64,000 nt of DNA from Callorhinchus milii (GCF_018977255.1 NW_024704743.1:115508001-115572000), one strand, 5' to 3'. Counted from the first letter of the stretch, positions 1 through 12,656 are shown. The notes: a model not told the origin generated them from the sequence alone. Numbers and translations are program-made.

Positions 1-159
1 ACAGTCATGGATTGAAGTGACCAATTTATTATTGTTTTTGGTTTTGGAGGGATTATTAAGTGAATTAACACAGTTTCCTCAGATATCATTGGTAGCCAGT
101 GTTTAAATTATATTTACTTTGCAATTCCACATTTTTTTTTCTTCTATGGAGTGTATGGT

Positions 160-700
160 ACCCCGCTTGCTTAATCCTGGGAAATTTAGGTGTGGTTTGG
201 CAAAATCCGAGGTTAGGGGACCCCATAGTGGGTGTTGGGGAACTGCTGGTACTTAACCAGCTGAAACCATGCAGCCTACTATTACAATGGGAAGCTTCCT
301 GTTGCAAGTCCATCTGGAACCACTGCCTGACAGATTATCAGAAGTCAAAATGGGAAGTATCCCAGCCAGTGACTGGGCTTCTCCTCCCAAGTCTTGCCAA
401 TAAGCCACGCTTCCTGGTCCAATATCAACAGTGCCTTGAAAAACTGTGGACGTGTATGGTTCAGATATTGGATTTCTGAGACCACAGAGGATTGACTCTA
501 TTTTCAAAATTCCATTGCTAGGCATGTTGCCATGGAGCCAATTCAGCCCAAAAGATTCCCTACCTCCCTCCTTTCCGCTCCCTGTCTTGAGGATAGTCAC
601 TAGTTGGTCATTAGACATCTGCCAAGCACAGGTTTCAGGTCTCACTGGGAGGATGGCACCTTCCAGCAATTCCTCACAAACTACAGGGTGAGCAGCAAAA
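160..700 (-). repeat. Unclassified interspersed repeat, family A (possibly LF-SINE-related)
   Basis: Colinear similarity to 46735-47230 (e.g. ggggacccc, taaccagct, cagtgactgg, gaaaactgtggac, ttccattgc) and to 37800-37960. Strand inferred only from the LF-SINE-like motif. Confidence 0.7.
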
Positions 701-1284
701 CTCAACATAACATCAAATGCACAAGTGCAATGTCATCATCCTCCTGACCACAGCCTAGACACTGGCCCTATCCATTGAGTGGAGATTCTGCTCCTTGAAG
801 GGGGGAATTTCAGCAGCAGCAATTAAATAAGTACAGGATTCATCCAATTATTCTCAACCTTCAACATTTTTGTGAAAAAAAAGTTAGTTAAATTGATTTC
901 TAGGATAGCTCAGTTGGATTCTAGTGGTGATAGTTTCACAATGGAGGACTCAGACTTGCTTTTGAAATCCTAACCCGTTGTTTTGCTAATTGTAGATTAT
1001 TTGCTTTGGCTGAGTGGCAAGTTCTTCCTTCACATCAGCTGATTAGTTATGGGGGGTCTGTCCTATCTTAATGAATTTCTGTGCTGTATGATGAGTACAA
1101 TGTTGGAAAGTCGCTGGGGTGGTCATTCAGATTTTATTAAATAGGGTGAATTAGCAGTATTGAATAATGCATTTGTTCATTGTGCTGTCCCTTCATGTTC
1201 CTGAAATATTGCCTGGCTTAGTATCCCTCACCTCCTCTGGATTTGCCTGCATTGAGATTGGGCTTTTCATGCTAATTTACCAGC

Positions 1285-1561
1285 ATTATAATAATAATCC
1301 TTGCATTTGATATAGTGCTTCTCATGTCTTCTAGATGTCTCAAATCGCTTCACAGAATTTACTGTAAAGTGAATTGACTGTATATTTGTGGGTGAAACAA
1401 AGCAGCCAGTCGCGCACAGCAGTGTCCACAAACAGTCGTGCATTGAAGTGACCAATTTTATTGTTTTTCTTTTTCTTGAGGGATTATTATCAGGCCTGTG
1501 GAATGAGGAAACATGTCCAAGGTTTCGCCCTGCCGGGAATTGAGCCCAGGTCTATCGCTTG
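1285..1561 (-). mobile_element. tRNA-Deu SINE copy, 5'-truncated
   Basis: Reverse complement of the SINE at 16914-17241, from the (TTA)n tail to the B-box region. Confidence 0.9.
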
Positions 1562-1649
1562 TTTCACCCACAAAAAAAAACAATTAACTTGATAGTATAC
1601 TCCGTGAAGCACTTTGAGAGGTCTCGAAGACGGGACAAGGCGCTATATT

Positions 1650-1800
1650 GGCCATATTGGCTGCTGCGTTTCGCCCACAAATATTCAATCAATTACAGTA
1701 ATCAATTACTGTAATCAATTACAGTACATTCTGTGAAGCAACTTGAGACGTCTAGAAAACATGAGAAGCGCTATATCAAATGCAAGTACTATTATTATAA
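1650..1800 (+). mobile_element. tRNA-Deu SINE 3' part (right arm of an inverted duplication)
   Basis: attggctgctgcgtttcgcccacaaata...gagacgtctagaaaacatgagaagcgctatatcaaatgcaag + TTA tail. Confidence 0.85.
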
Positions 1801-1925
1801 TGCTGGTAAATTAGCATGAAAAGCCCAACCTCAATGCAGGCAAATACAGAGGAGGTGAGGGATACTAAGGTAGGCTTCAGGAACATGAAGGGACAGCACA
1901 ATGAACAAATACATTATTAAGTACT

Positions 1926-3607
1926 CAGCTGCCTCTGCCGCTCCAACTACTACCCCCTGCCCATCTCCTCCTCCCACCCCCTACCCACCTCACCCTCCAC
2001 ACCTTTGAACTTGTCTCCCCCTCTCTGATCACCACCATAATCCGTATGAAACCCACCACCTGCTCCTTCAACCCCATCCCTACACCCCTCCTTACCTCCC
2101 AGCTCCATCTCCTTGCCCCTCTACTCACTGACATTGTTAACCTCTCCCTGTCCTCTGGTACTGTTCCTACCACATTAAAAACCGCTGTCATCACTCTTAT
2201 CCTTAAAAAAAACCCTCCAATCTCTACTCTAACTACCACCCCATCTCCAACCTCTCCAAGTTCCTGGAACAAGTTGTTGCTTCTCAGCTTCGCTCCTTCC
2301 TCTTCCGCCACTCCCTTCTTGAATCCCTCCAATCGGGCTTCTGTGCTGCCCACAGCACAGAAACCGCCCTTGTCAAAGTGACAAATGACATTCTGTCCAC
2401 CTGCGACCGGGGCTCCTTCTGCCTCCTCGTCGTCCTTGACCTCTCTGCTGCGTTCAACACCATCGACCAATCTATCCTCATTTACCACCTCTCCTTTCAC
2501 CTCAGCCCTCCATGGGGCTGTCCTTGATTGGTTCAGATCATACCTCTCACACCGCCTGCACTTCATCTCCTCAAACGGCTTCTCCTCTCGCCCCGGACCA
2601 TCTCATGCTGTGTTCCTCAGGGCTCTTTCCTTGGTCCTCTCCTCTTCAATATCCATATGCTCCCTCTTGGTGACATCATCCGCAGACATGGGGTCAACGT
2701 CCAACAACAACAACAAGATTCCATTTATTGAGCGCCTTTCACGTCGGGAGGACGTCCCACCCTTGACTCCAGGACCACTGTTGTGCTTACAGAATGTCTG
2801 TCAGACATCAAGTCCTGGATGAGAGCTAACTTTCTTCAGTTGAACGTCAACTAGACCGAGGCCTTCCTGATTGGCTCCCGTCAGCGCCTCCTCACCTCAG
2901 GCTCTGACAGTATCACCATCCATGGTTGCACACTCCACTTTACTAAGCCAGTCCGGAATCTTGGCATCTTGTTTGACCCTCAACTATCCTTTCTACCCCA
3001 CATCTGCGCCATGACCCGCTCTGCCTTCCCCCACCTCCGCAACGTCGCCCAGCTCCGACACTGTCTCACACCACAAGGCCGAAACCCTCATACATGCCTT
3101 CATTACATCGAGGCACGACTATGCAAACTCCTTGCTAGTCGGCCTCTCCAACTCCTCCCTCCACAGGCTGCAGATCATCCTGAACTCTGCAGCACGTGTC
3201 CACTTTCACACAACGCTTCGCTACCTTATCACCCCCATCCTTGCCCAACTCCACTGGCTTCCCATCACACAGAGGATACAGTTTCAGATCTTGGTCCTCA
3301 CCTTCAAAGCCCTCCATGGTCTTGTTCACCCCTACCTCTCCGACTTCCTAACTCCCTACCACCCTGATCGCTCACTCCGCTCAGCGGGCTTCGGCCTGCT
3401 TTACATCCCCCGCCACTCTAGCCCCGGACCATCTCATGCATTGGAACTCCATTCCGAGTCCCTCCGTCTCGCCCCCTCCCTCGCCACCTTCAAGACCCAC
3501 CTCAAGACCCTCCTCTTCGACTGTGCTCGGGTCCGTAACTCTGTTCAGCGCCTTCGGACATCCTCCCGACATGAAAGGAGCTACACAAATGTAATTTTGT
3601 TGTTGTT
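1926..3607 (+). mobile_element. L2-clade LINE, 5'-truncated, frameshifted RT/ORF2 and 3' tail
   Basis: Motifs spread across frames: [53 protein letters not shown]. Ends in a hairpin tail and (TTG)n. Confidence 0.93.
2702..2759 (-). mobile_element. Isolated L2 3' tail inserted inside the L2 RT region
   Basis: (CAA)n-gattccattt...agcgcctttcacgtcgggaggacgtccca, the reverse complement of the L2 tail. Confidence 0.85.
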
Positions 3608-6246
3608 ATCAAATGAAAAGATTATTACCATATTATGAATTATTTAGTTAATGTGTGTGTCACGGTTAAAGGTTTTAAAAACTACATTAGTTTGAAGTTC
3701 AATCAAAATGTTGTGAACTGAACACAATGATATTATCGTTGTCAATGTCCAGGGGATATTTTAGTTCAAATATAAAACGCAATACATCCCGCCAACTTCT
3801 TTATTTCGGAGTATGTAAATTCTCCCTATGACATGTACAACAGGCAGTAAATTAAACAAGAACTCTCCTCCGTGGCTTCTGCCACAAGGTGAAAAAGAAT
3901 AACCAGTTTTTGTTTATTCCTTCTACTGTGTGGAAAGGTGCGTTTAGTCAAGCACTAGCCAATTTCCCATAAAAGCTGTGATGAGTGTTTGAGGATTTTA
4001 TTGAGGGGTGGGGGGAGGAGATTGCACTGACATAAGCATAACTTCTGTTATGTTTTTGAGTGCTAGATACCATTTTAAGAATTCAAACTACATATGTTTT
4101 CTGTCCTGAGTAATATCTGCTAAATTGTGAATTTGTAATACTAAGTTTGCTTGCTTACGCATTGAATTTGACCGAACTAATAAGACTGACCTTATTTTGT
4201 TTGGTGCTATTGAAGTGTTGAAAGAGTTGAGAAAAAAATTCAAGCCTGCTAGCTCTGGTGCCCCACCTCATTTAATAGCATTTGGCAGTGATCTTTGCTA
4301 TTTGTTTGCTTTAGTGGGGTGTTCAAACCAGTCATATCTTCAAATACTGCATGGTGCAATCTGCTACCTACTAAACTTTGCACCAATAACATTTCTTTGT
4401 AGTCCAGAAGGCAGCTACTTTGATTGGATGTGAGACGACTGAGGATTCTGGATCAGACATTCCCACAGCTGCGAAGCACTACCTATGACTCCTTTCAAAA
4501 AGCTCCAGGTTATAATGATTCACCTTTTGTTGGCTAATAAGGATGTGACGCGACAAGACAAATGCTCAGCAGCTCAGTAAATTCATTTTCAGTTTTTAAA
4601 AGTGCTGTGATTTTTCTGGATTTTACCTATGATTCTTGCTGAAAAACGTCCTCCTTCCTCACCAGTATCTGACATAAAATGTATTTGCTGGGGTGTTCGA
4701 ACAACAAACAGCATGGAGGTAAAGAGTCTCCAAGCAGAAGGTATTGTCACAAAAGACTTGTCTTACTTACAAACGGTCTTTTTCAGCACACAGAGGCTAC
4801 TTGACCTATCCTGCCTGTTTTTTTTAAAAAAACAACCTCTTTAAAAGCAGTCCCACTTAGAAAACGGCAAGGTAACTTGAAAAACTGGTTGTTTATTCGT
4901 AATGAAATGTAATTTTTTTTTAAAAAAGGCTGCTACAATGTGCTTTTTCTAAGTTAAGTTTAAATCATATTTAAATCAGTTGTGTGGATAAAAAATTGCA
5001 GTAAAATTGTCATTTCCTACTAATTTTTAGACTCAAAATATTTTTTGGAACGGTTCTGTCTCCTGCATCTCAAACCTCTATATATACAAGCTTGTGAGAT
5101 AATATACAGAGAGTTCTAATGATGCAGTTGAGCTGGCTGGATAGAAGATTTGTGAGTGGCTGGGTATGACTGTTTTTTTCTCTCTCTCCCTCTCTGCTCT
5201 CTTTCTCTTTCCCGCCCCCCCACCCCCCCTTTTCTGTAAAACAGCTGCTTCTGCTCAACATATTTACCCCTTGGTCAAGATTGGACTTGTATTGTAGTCG
5301 TTTAAGCACCATAACGCATTATTTTCCACTCTTGGAGAATCAATGTCCTGTAACACAGTATAGTTCTCTACAGGTTTTTTAAAACAGTATTAAACCTTAA
5401 TTAAGAAGGACAGCAAGTCTATGGAGACTCCCAACTCGGAGTAACGTATAGTACTAGTTTTGTTTATTTTTATCAAGTGCACTGACCTGTTGAAAAACTA
5501 ATCTGATGATTATAAAATTACTCAAACATCAGGGAAAGCTTTTTACTGCAATACATAAATACAAAATACATCACTGAAACCAAAAGCATTTTTGAAAAAT
5601 ACTGCAAGCACTTGCTGTGGTGGCACCTTTTCTCATTATTTTCTTCCCTATTCTCTCTGTCCTTTGTTTATTTTAGCTTACCTTTATTATGTTATACTTC
5701 TACCTATTCTAACCTTTTCTTTCCAACATTTCAACATTCATATTTTCTCATCTTTAGCCTTTTTGTTTGTTCTCATCTTTAATTGAGGAGATTCATTGAT
5801 TCATTAATTTAATCCTTTTCAGAATAATTCATTTTCTTTGGCTCACTTCCATCCTCACAATGATTTTGCAGCCAATCAAAAGTTCAAACATAGGCAGAGA
5901 TGCATTGGGTTAGAGGCCCCATCAATCTCTAACCTAAGCGGAAAGTCAGGATACTGCGAATTGTTTGATTCGTTACACGAAAGAGTAGTTGAAGTCTGGG
6001 CCCTGATGTGTGTCTTCAAGAACTTGAAGGTGTAAATGGGAAGACTGTGATTTGTTGGTATTGTGGAAGGATGAGATGAAATGAGTTGAAGGGCTTCCCT
6101 TCATCCAAACTGTTCTTGTGAATGCAAATACACATCTGTGACATCCACAGATTAAATTCTGATGTCTGCTGTGCTTTAATATTTTCTCTTAAGAGTATTG
6201 AACTTTTGGCTTGGCATAATCTAGTAATTTTGGGGGAGAGTGAAGA

Positions 6247-6496
6247 TAATAATAATAATAATCCTTGAATTTGATATAGCGCTTTTCACGTCTTCTAGAC
6301 GTCTCAAAGCACTTCACAGAATAAACTGTAAAGTGAATTGACTGTATATTTGTGGGCGAAATGCAGCAGCCAATTGCGCACAGCAGTGTCCCACAAACAG
6401 TCGTGGATTGAAATGACCAATTTATTATTGGGTTTTTTCTTGAGGGATTATTATCAGGCATGTGGAGTAAGGAAACTTGCCCAAGGTTTCACCCTG
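6247..6496 (-). mobile_element. tRNA-Deu SINE, head missing
   Basis: Matches SINE body and tail; hairpin loop TAGAA. Confidence 0.92.
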
Positions 6497-6656
6497 TGAA
6501 AATAAACTTGTTTTCTGTTCTGTCTATTCTAATTTTCTCAATGATGAATAATTTTCATGCTTCCAAATAAATACTTCTCTCTCTACCCCCACATCATCCA
6601 CCTCCCATGTGGAATTGAAACTGTATATTATAAATAAGAATGGATCCAAGCCAATA

Positions 6657-7127
6657 CAGTACCATTATAATGTGCTTTATAACATGAATTTGGTTATAGG
6701 GTGGTTGTGGCAAAGTGCCAATTTACTGCACAAGTTCAATCTGGCTCACCTGCTTCCCTCTTGCTGGGCAGCTTTCACTGAAGTGTCATAATTCGAGGTC
6801 ATTAGGTTGCCACTAACATCCTTTCCACTTTATTGCACATACAACCTGCTGACCCAGAAGTTGGCCATTTTAGCTTCCTGTGCTACAAACCTGACTGACA
6901 TACCGGTTAAAGTTGCTGCCAACGTCACTTCTTGCTTCGTGCTTACACAGTATACAGGAAGGCAACCTAATAACTTGGAAGTCGGCAATTTTTTTTAGAA
7001 GAGTATGAACTGGCCACCATGCTTGAGTGAGATGGGCTAGTGTGTGCAAGTGCAGTGATATCAGCTATTGTGCATTGCTATAGGTTTGGTACTAAGCCAG
7101 CCATCACATTATAACAAGGCTCCACTG
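6657..7127. mobile_element. Possible old Tc1/mariner (Tigger-like) non-autonomous element
   Basis: TA|CAGT...ACTG|TA ends with imperfect TIRs (cagtaccattataatgtg vs cagtggagccttgttataatgtg). A similar end motif occurs at about 42803. Confidence 0.45.
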
Positions 7128-7880
7128 TAACATAATCTTAAAGCTCAAACCGTTCTATATTGTTCAGTTTATGAAGTAAGAACACCTTGATTCAATTTGT
7201 GTTGTAATCCACACAAATTCTGCATTCCATCTGTATAGTTTCCATTACATGTTCCAGATATTTTAGTTGATTATACCCTTGTGATATAGGATCTGCTATT
7301 TTTCTAGCATGCATTCAAATCGGATTCGAAAGCACTGAAGCAAACCCACTTCAATTGACCATATGCCTTGAAATCAACCACAGGCGGATGAATAAAGCTC
7401 CTAAAACGTGCCTCAAACTGTGTGTCTGTGTGCATGAGCACAGCCCTCGAGTGTTACAATCTTGATCTTCTTGTTTATGGATCTATCCTAAGTTTATATT
7501 CATTAACTTGACTGGAAATGTAATTTGAAGGATTACCATAAACTAATGAAGATAGTTTATGAATTTGTGGCAAACTATAGCCTGAGATTTCTCACTGTGC
7601 AGCTTTTGTGACGTGTATGTGTTTCACCCCCGACCCTGATAATTTAAAAATTGTATTTTTACCCATTAGTAGATTGCACTTTATTTCTAAGCCTTCCTTT
7701 GCAACCTCTCCCAAGAACTCTTCATTCTGTATTCTACAGACCACTCATTATGGAAGTGGGAATGTAACCCAGCAAGATTTAAACATGGTACAAAAAGACT
7801 ATACTAATTTTTCAATGCGTATATATTGTTAAGCCGCTTGTTCAATGCCAGCAGCTTTCTTACCCATTAATTTACATTAA

Positions 7881-8280
7881 GAACATAAGAATTTGCTAGG
7901 CAAATGAAGACCAAGTTCCATTTAGTTCACCTTCTATCATCCTGGTAGTCGCTTGACATGTGTCCTAAACTATATACTGGATCCTGAGATATTATTTTCT
8001 AGCAAAAATCTATCTGATTCGTTCTTGAAACAGACAACATTTTCTGCTTCCGCTGTCTCCCTAAGGATAACCCCGCTCACTGAAGTAGTGTTTCTGCAGA
8101 TTTGTTCTGAATTTAACCCCCTTCAATCGCAGGCCGTGTCCTCTGGTTCTATTGTTCAGTACAAGATAAAACAGCTTATCGTGGTCTACATTATCTATTC
8201 CCTTCAGAATGTTAAAGACTGTAATCATATTGCCCCACAACCTTCTCTTCTCCAGTGTGAACACACCCAGTTTGTCTAAT
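7881..8280 (-). mobile_element. CR1 LINE 3' fragment
   Basis: ORF 8061-8333 gives LGVFTLEKRRLWGNMITVFNILKG...RTRGHGLRL...YFSER, typical of the CR1 ORF2 C-terminus; ttcttatgttctt tail. Confidence 0.9.
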
Positions 8281-9639
8281 TGGATAATATTGTTAAATGT
8301 TAATTTGGCGCTGACAAACTTGATGGCATACAAAAATGTATGGCCACAATTTGATTCTAGCTATGTATGATTGTTGATTTGACACCCTTCAAAGTGGATG
8401 TAATTGCCTAATACCTGTCCACAGGATCATGGATATATCTGTAGTTTCCTTAATTATGTGGTAATAATAATCATTGCATTTGACATGGCACCTTTCATGT
8501 TAGGAGAACATCTCAAAATGCTTCATATGATTCATTTGACTGTCATCATTATTTTTGAAGGAACACCAAGGCAAGATATTTTTGAACATGTTTTACTAGA
8601 AATTCAGAAATTAATATTGAACTTGACTTGCGTGCTCTTCTCTAATTCTGAATAGTAGCCTTATTCTCCTGACAGGAACAGTACCTTTATTTTAATTAAC
8701 AAATCTTTGTACTTTCATTTGTTTGATCAGTTGATGTCTTAACACATTTCTGTCCTTCTAGTAAAAACATGTTCAAAATGTGTTCAAATCTTAAGTGAAG
8801 GCCTTAAGCTTTGCCTTGCGTAAGTTTACCACTTGAGTAAACCCATCACCATACTTTGGATACTCTTAAACATGGCGATGGGTTTCCACACGCGTCAGAC
8901 ACCCGGCTGCAAACAAAAATTGTACATTATCTACTGTACAAGTTGAAGTTTTAAAAAAAACTTTCAACTACAACAGAGAGGGAGAGAATTGAGTGAGAAC
9001 TGGATAGCGTAATGTGTAATGGACATGTAATTTAATGAAAACCCTATGGGATAGGAGAAGAAACATTTGCCATTTCACTCGAGCTTCATTCTTGCATCTG
9101 AGTTTTCTTGCAATCATTTGCATATGTTGATATAAACCAGGTAAAGAATTTTCTTGCATTCTCCTGAAGATTCTTCATTGATAAATATACAATAATACTA
9201 ATGTCTTTTTTGCCTTTTTTTTCCTCTTCCCAAAGTAACAGAATAGTGCATGCTGGTCTGCAATTTAGACAATTTGTGGTTGCCCTCTGGTACCTTAGAA
9301 TAAATAAATTTCTTAGAATAAATAGCACGTACCAGAGGTAGACTGTTCAATTCTGCAGCCATTACAAGCGAGTTCGATTTTTTTGTTCTCGTTTATGCAG
9401 ATTTCTAGCAGCGTCACTGAATACTGTTCAGTGGGAAGCCAGTCTGATTTTCCTTTCTTCTCGTGGGGTTGGGGTGGGGCAAGAGGGGATAGAAACTGAA
9501 ACCATTTGTAGTACCCCTATTACTTCTCTGCCTAGACAAGTGCAGGCCAAGACCCAAGCCGAGCATTACCTCAGTCCAACATAAGCAGTTGCATTTTAAC
9601 CACTGAGCCATCTAAGGCAACCTTGGTGGTGTCTTTATT

Positions 9640-9790
9640 AATAATAATATAATCCTTGCATTAGGTACAGCGCCTTATCACGTCTTCGAGATGTCTCAAA
9701 GTGCTTCACAGGATATACTGCAAAGCGAATCGACATTTTGTGGGTGAAACGCGGCAGCCCATTGAGCACTATGACACACAGTCATAGATT
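9640..9790 (-). mobile_element. tRNA-Deu SINE 3' fragment
   Basis: Tail and part of the Deu body; loop TCGAA. Confidence 0.85.
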
Positions 9791-10169
9791 GAACTTATTG
9801 TGTGTGAAAGTCATTCATCAACTACAATCATTCTTATCAGCGCTACCAGCTGCTGCTATGGAAACATCAGAAACGGACATTGATATTCCATATAAAATCA
9901 ATGCTGCATCTAAGAGGAAGAGCAATGGGCACTGATTTCATGGAAGGCTCACATTACATTTGGCCTGGATTACATTTGTAATACTTGATTAATTTTAAAA
10001 GCACCATCATTAACAATGAAAGCTGTGGAAACATTTGGCATATTCATCAGGATTCTGTGGAAATACATGGCTAAGGAAAAAGATTGACTAAAATATAATT
10101 TATTCTTGTTCAAATAATAAAGAAAATCTTGCGTTTGACATAGAGACTACAGTATAAATGCCTCAATGC

Positions 10170-10715
10170 ACATCATAGTGAATTAAGAATTATGTGTAAT
10201 GATCCTACCAGCAGTGCTCCACAGTAGCACTTCACAACAGCCAAGAAGTGAATGACCAGTGATAATCTGGAGGATTGTTTGCCGGGACACTTGGAGAACC
10301 TCCTTTCTCTTTTTGAACAATGCCATGGGATTTTTAACATCGGCTTCAGAAGGCAAACAGGACTTCAGCTTAGTTATACCCCAAAAATGGCATCTCATAC
10401 AATTCTGCCTCTCCCATTACTGAAGACCTTCCTCTTCAACTGTGCCTATGGTCACCCCTCCGCCCTGGCGCGGCATCATGCTCTGCTGCTGTCAAGCGCT
10501 CTGGCACTGTACAACAACAAGATTATATTTGTATAGCGCCTTTCACGTCGGGAGGATGTCCCAAGATGCTACACTACATGAGGGGCGCTATATAAATGCA
10601 AGTTGTTGTTGCATTGGAGTATCAGCCTGGACTGTGTATTTATATCCGAATGTGCGGATTGAATCCACAACCTTCTGACTCAATGCAAAGAGTGCTATCA
10701 TCTGAGACCATGACA
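10170..10715 (-). mobile_element. Older tRNA/Deu SINE interrupted by an L2 3' end (+, 10400-10610), itself interrupted by an L2 tail (-, 10511-10570)
   Basis: Reverse strand gtcatggtctcagatgatagcactc...gagtcagaaggttgtggattcaatcc head and aaaaatcccatggcattgttcaaa body; nested tails readable directly. Confidence 0.8.
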
Positions 10716-11527
10716 CTCTAGGTTTCTGCAAATTTGAGAGATCTTTTGTTTTCAATTATAAATATCCTAGTAATATTTAAAAGAAACCTTTTTGCCACCA
10801 CTGAACTATGTGATTTGGGGTTTTTACTTTTGAATCAGATATATTACATTTTAGATTCAGAGAATGAGTTTGTTGGAAAGATAAGCACAATAACAGCCTT
10901 TATTCTAATGGATACAAATTCACTGCTCTGGCAGCTGGACTTATGGGTTCTAGTTAATCGCATCTTGGGAATACTTCATGCTCAGACACTTCTGCTGCGG
11001 GAGATGAAGTGTATGCATCTGCCTAGCCTTCCTACAAATTTTGTTTTATCACCTCTCTGCACATTTACCACCATTTGCTTGGATGTAACCTTTTTGATAA
11101 TATTTCCATTTTTATGTTCATTCCACTCACTGCTCAGTATTCCTGTTTTTTCAGCTGGTAATTACAGAGCAGAGAGGAGGGGATGTAGAAAATTGGTAAC
11201 ACCACATGTAGTACTGGATCTGAAGGTGTACACCATAATTTGATGCTTTATACCTTTGTGTCTGACCTGATATCATTATTAGTTTTGTTTGTACTGCTTC
11301 AGCTTCATTGTAAAAATGTTTAAACTTTAATATAAGCAAATGTCTGGCAACGAGTTTAAGGTAGAAATATACAATCTTGCAATTCTTTTAATGGTGAACT
11401 AACTGCATGTTCTTCGGGTTTTGTGATATCTTCAGACACAATTACATTAGTGATATTAATTCACGATGCTAAATATATCAAATTAAAATGATACATTACA
11501 AGTGCCATCATTTAAAATTTGTATTCC

Positions 11528-11820
11528 AGAACAAGGTGGCATAATTTTAAAAATAGAGCTATGCCATTTAGAAGTGAAATTAGGAGGCAGTTTTTCATCC
11601 AAAGGGTAGTGGAAATCTGGAACTCTCTCCCCCAAAAGGCCGTGGAAGCTGGACCCATTCACATTTTCAAGACTGAGGTGGATAGATAGTTGTTAGGTCA
11701 GAGTATTAAGGGATACAGGGCAAGGGTGGGTAATTGAGCTTGAGGTCCAGATCAGCCATGATCTTATAGACTGGTGGAATAGACTTGGGAGCTAAATGAC
11801 CTACTCCTGTTTCCATGAAC
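11528..11820 (+). mobile_element. CR1 LINE 3' end
   Basis: tttttcatccaaagggtagtggaaatctggaactctctcccc (FFxQRVVEIWNSLP) followed by 3' UTR gatcagccatgatctt...cctactcctgtttc. Confidence 0.85.
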
Positions 11821-12122
11821 TACAAAAAGGCACTTTTTAGAATGTCAACTGTAGAATATTTCACCAGTTGTGCAGTTTTTTATTTAATATGAAAGGTCAA
11901 AATTGCAGAGCAACATAAATGAGACTGAATCGTTTGGTCTTTCTCACAGTAATGCACTGAAACTGATAATGTCATTGGCATAAAATAATTGGAACTAAAG
12001 GTTTTAAAACCTTCAAGGTTTCTTTTTGGTGTGCAAAGTGACCCTTGCCCAAAACCTTCATAAAAGATAAGATCCAAGCAGCTCAGTTGGACCCATTAGC
12101 TACTCATGTAATTTTATGCTCT

Positions 12123-12325
12123 AACATAGAAACAGGAGTAGACCATTCAGCCCCTCAAGCCTGTAATGCCATTCTATAAGATCATGGCTGATCTGTAACA
12201 CAACTCCAATTACCCGTACTTGCCCCAAATCCATTAATACCCTGACCTAACAAATATCTATCTACCTCAGTTGTGAAAATTTGAATGGATCCAGCATCCA
12301 CAGCTTTTTGGGGGCAAGGGTTCCA
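12123..12325 (-). mobile_element. CR1 LINE 3' end, same family as 11528-11820, opposite orientation
   Basis: gaaacaggagtagaccattcagcccctcaag...aagatcatggctgatctg is the reverse complement of 11745-11815. Confidence 0.85.
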
Positions 12326-12656
12326 CTCATTAATATGTTCAGATCTGTCTGATATTTTGTTTATTTCCTTGCTGTAAAATAGTTAAGTGTAAAAAATCAC
12401 TGATGAATGTGGAATAAATATTGCTGTTTAGAAAATAAAGGACCAGAACTTTGTATCCGTGCCTTATGCACTATGAATTACTGTATACAGTCAAGTGTGC
12501 ATAATGTTAGGTCGACTATTGTTATAATAAGCATAATATTATGCTAGCAATAATCCCGGCTGTGCTTAGTATGTTTGTATTGTTGAGTTTACGTATTATA
12601 GCCATATAAGTTATAATTCATCTGATGCAAATTTGCAGGCCCAATTAACAAACCTT

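Noticed and set aside
1925..2566. 213-aa minus-strand ORF
   Set aside because: Antisense reading of the C-rich L2 RT region.
4403..4508. Possible exon (ttgtAG...ccag|GT, phase 1)
   Set aside because: In-frame stop at 4421-4423 and a weak donor (GTTATA).
10734..11243. 169-aa ORF and a possible acceptor ttttttcAG at 11154
   Set aside because: No recognisable homology, intron-like composition, non-ATG start. A non-coding exon cannot be excluded but is unsupported.
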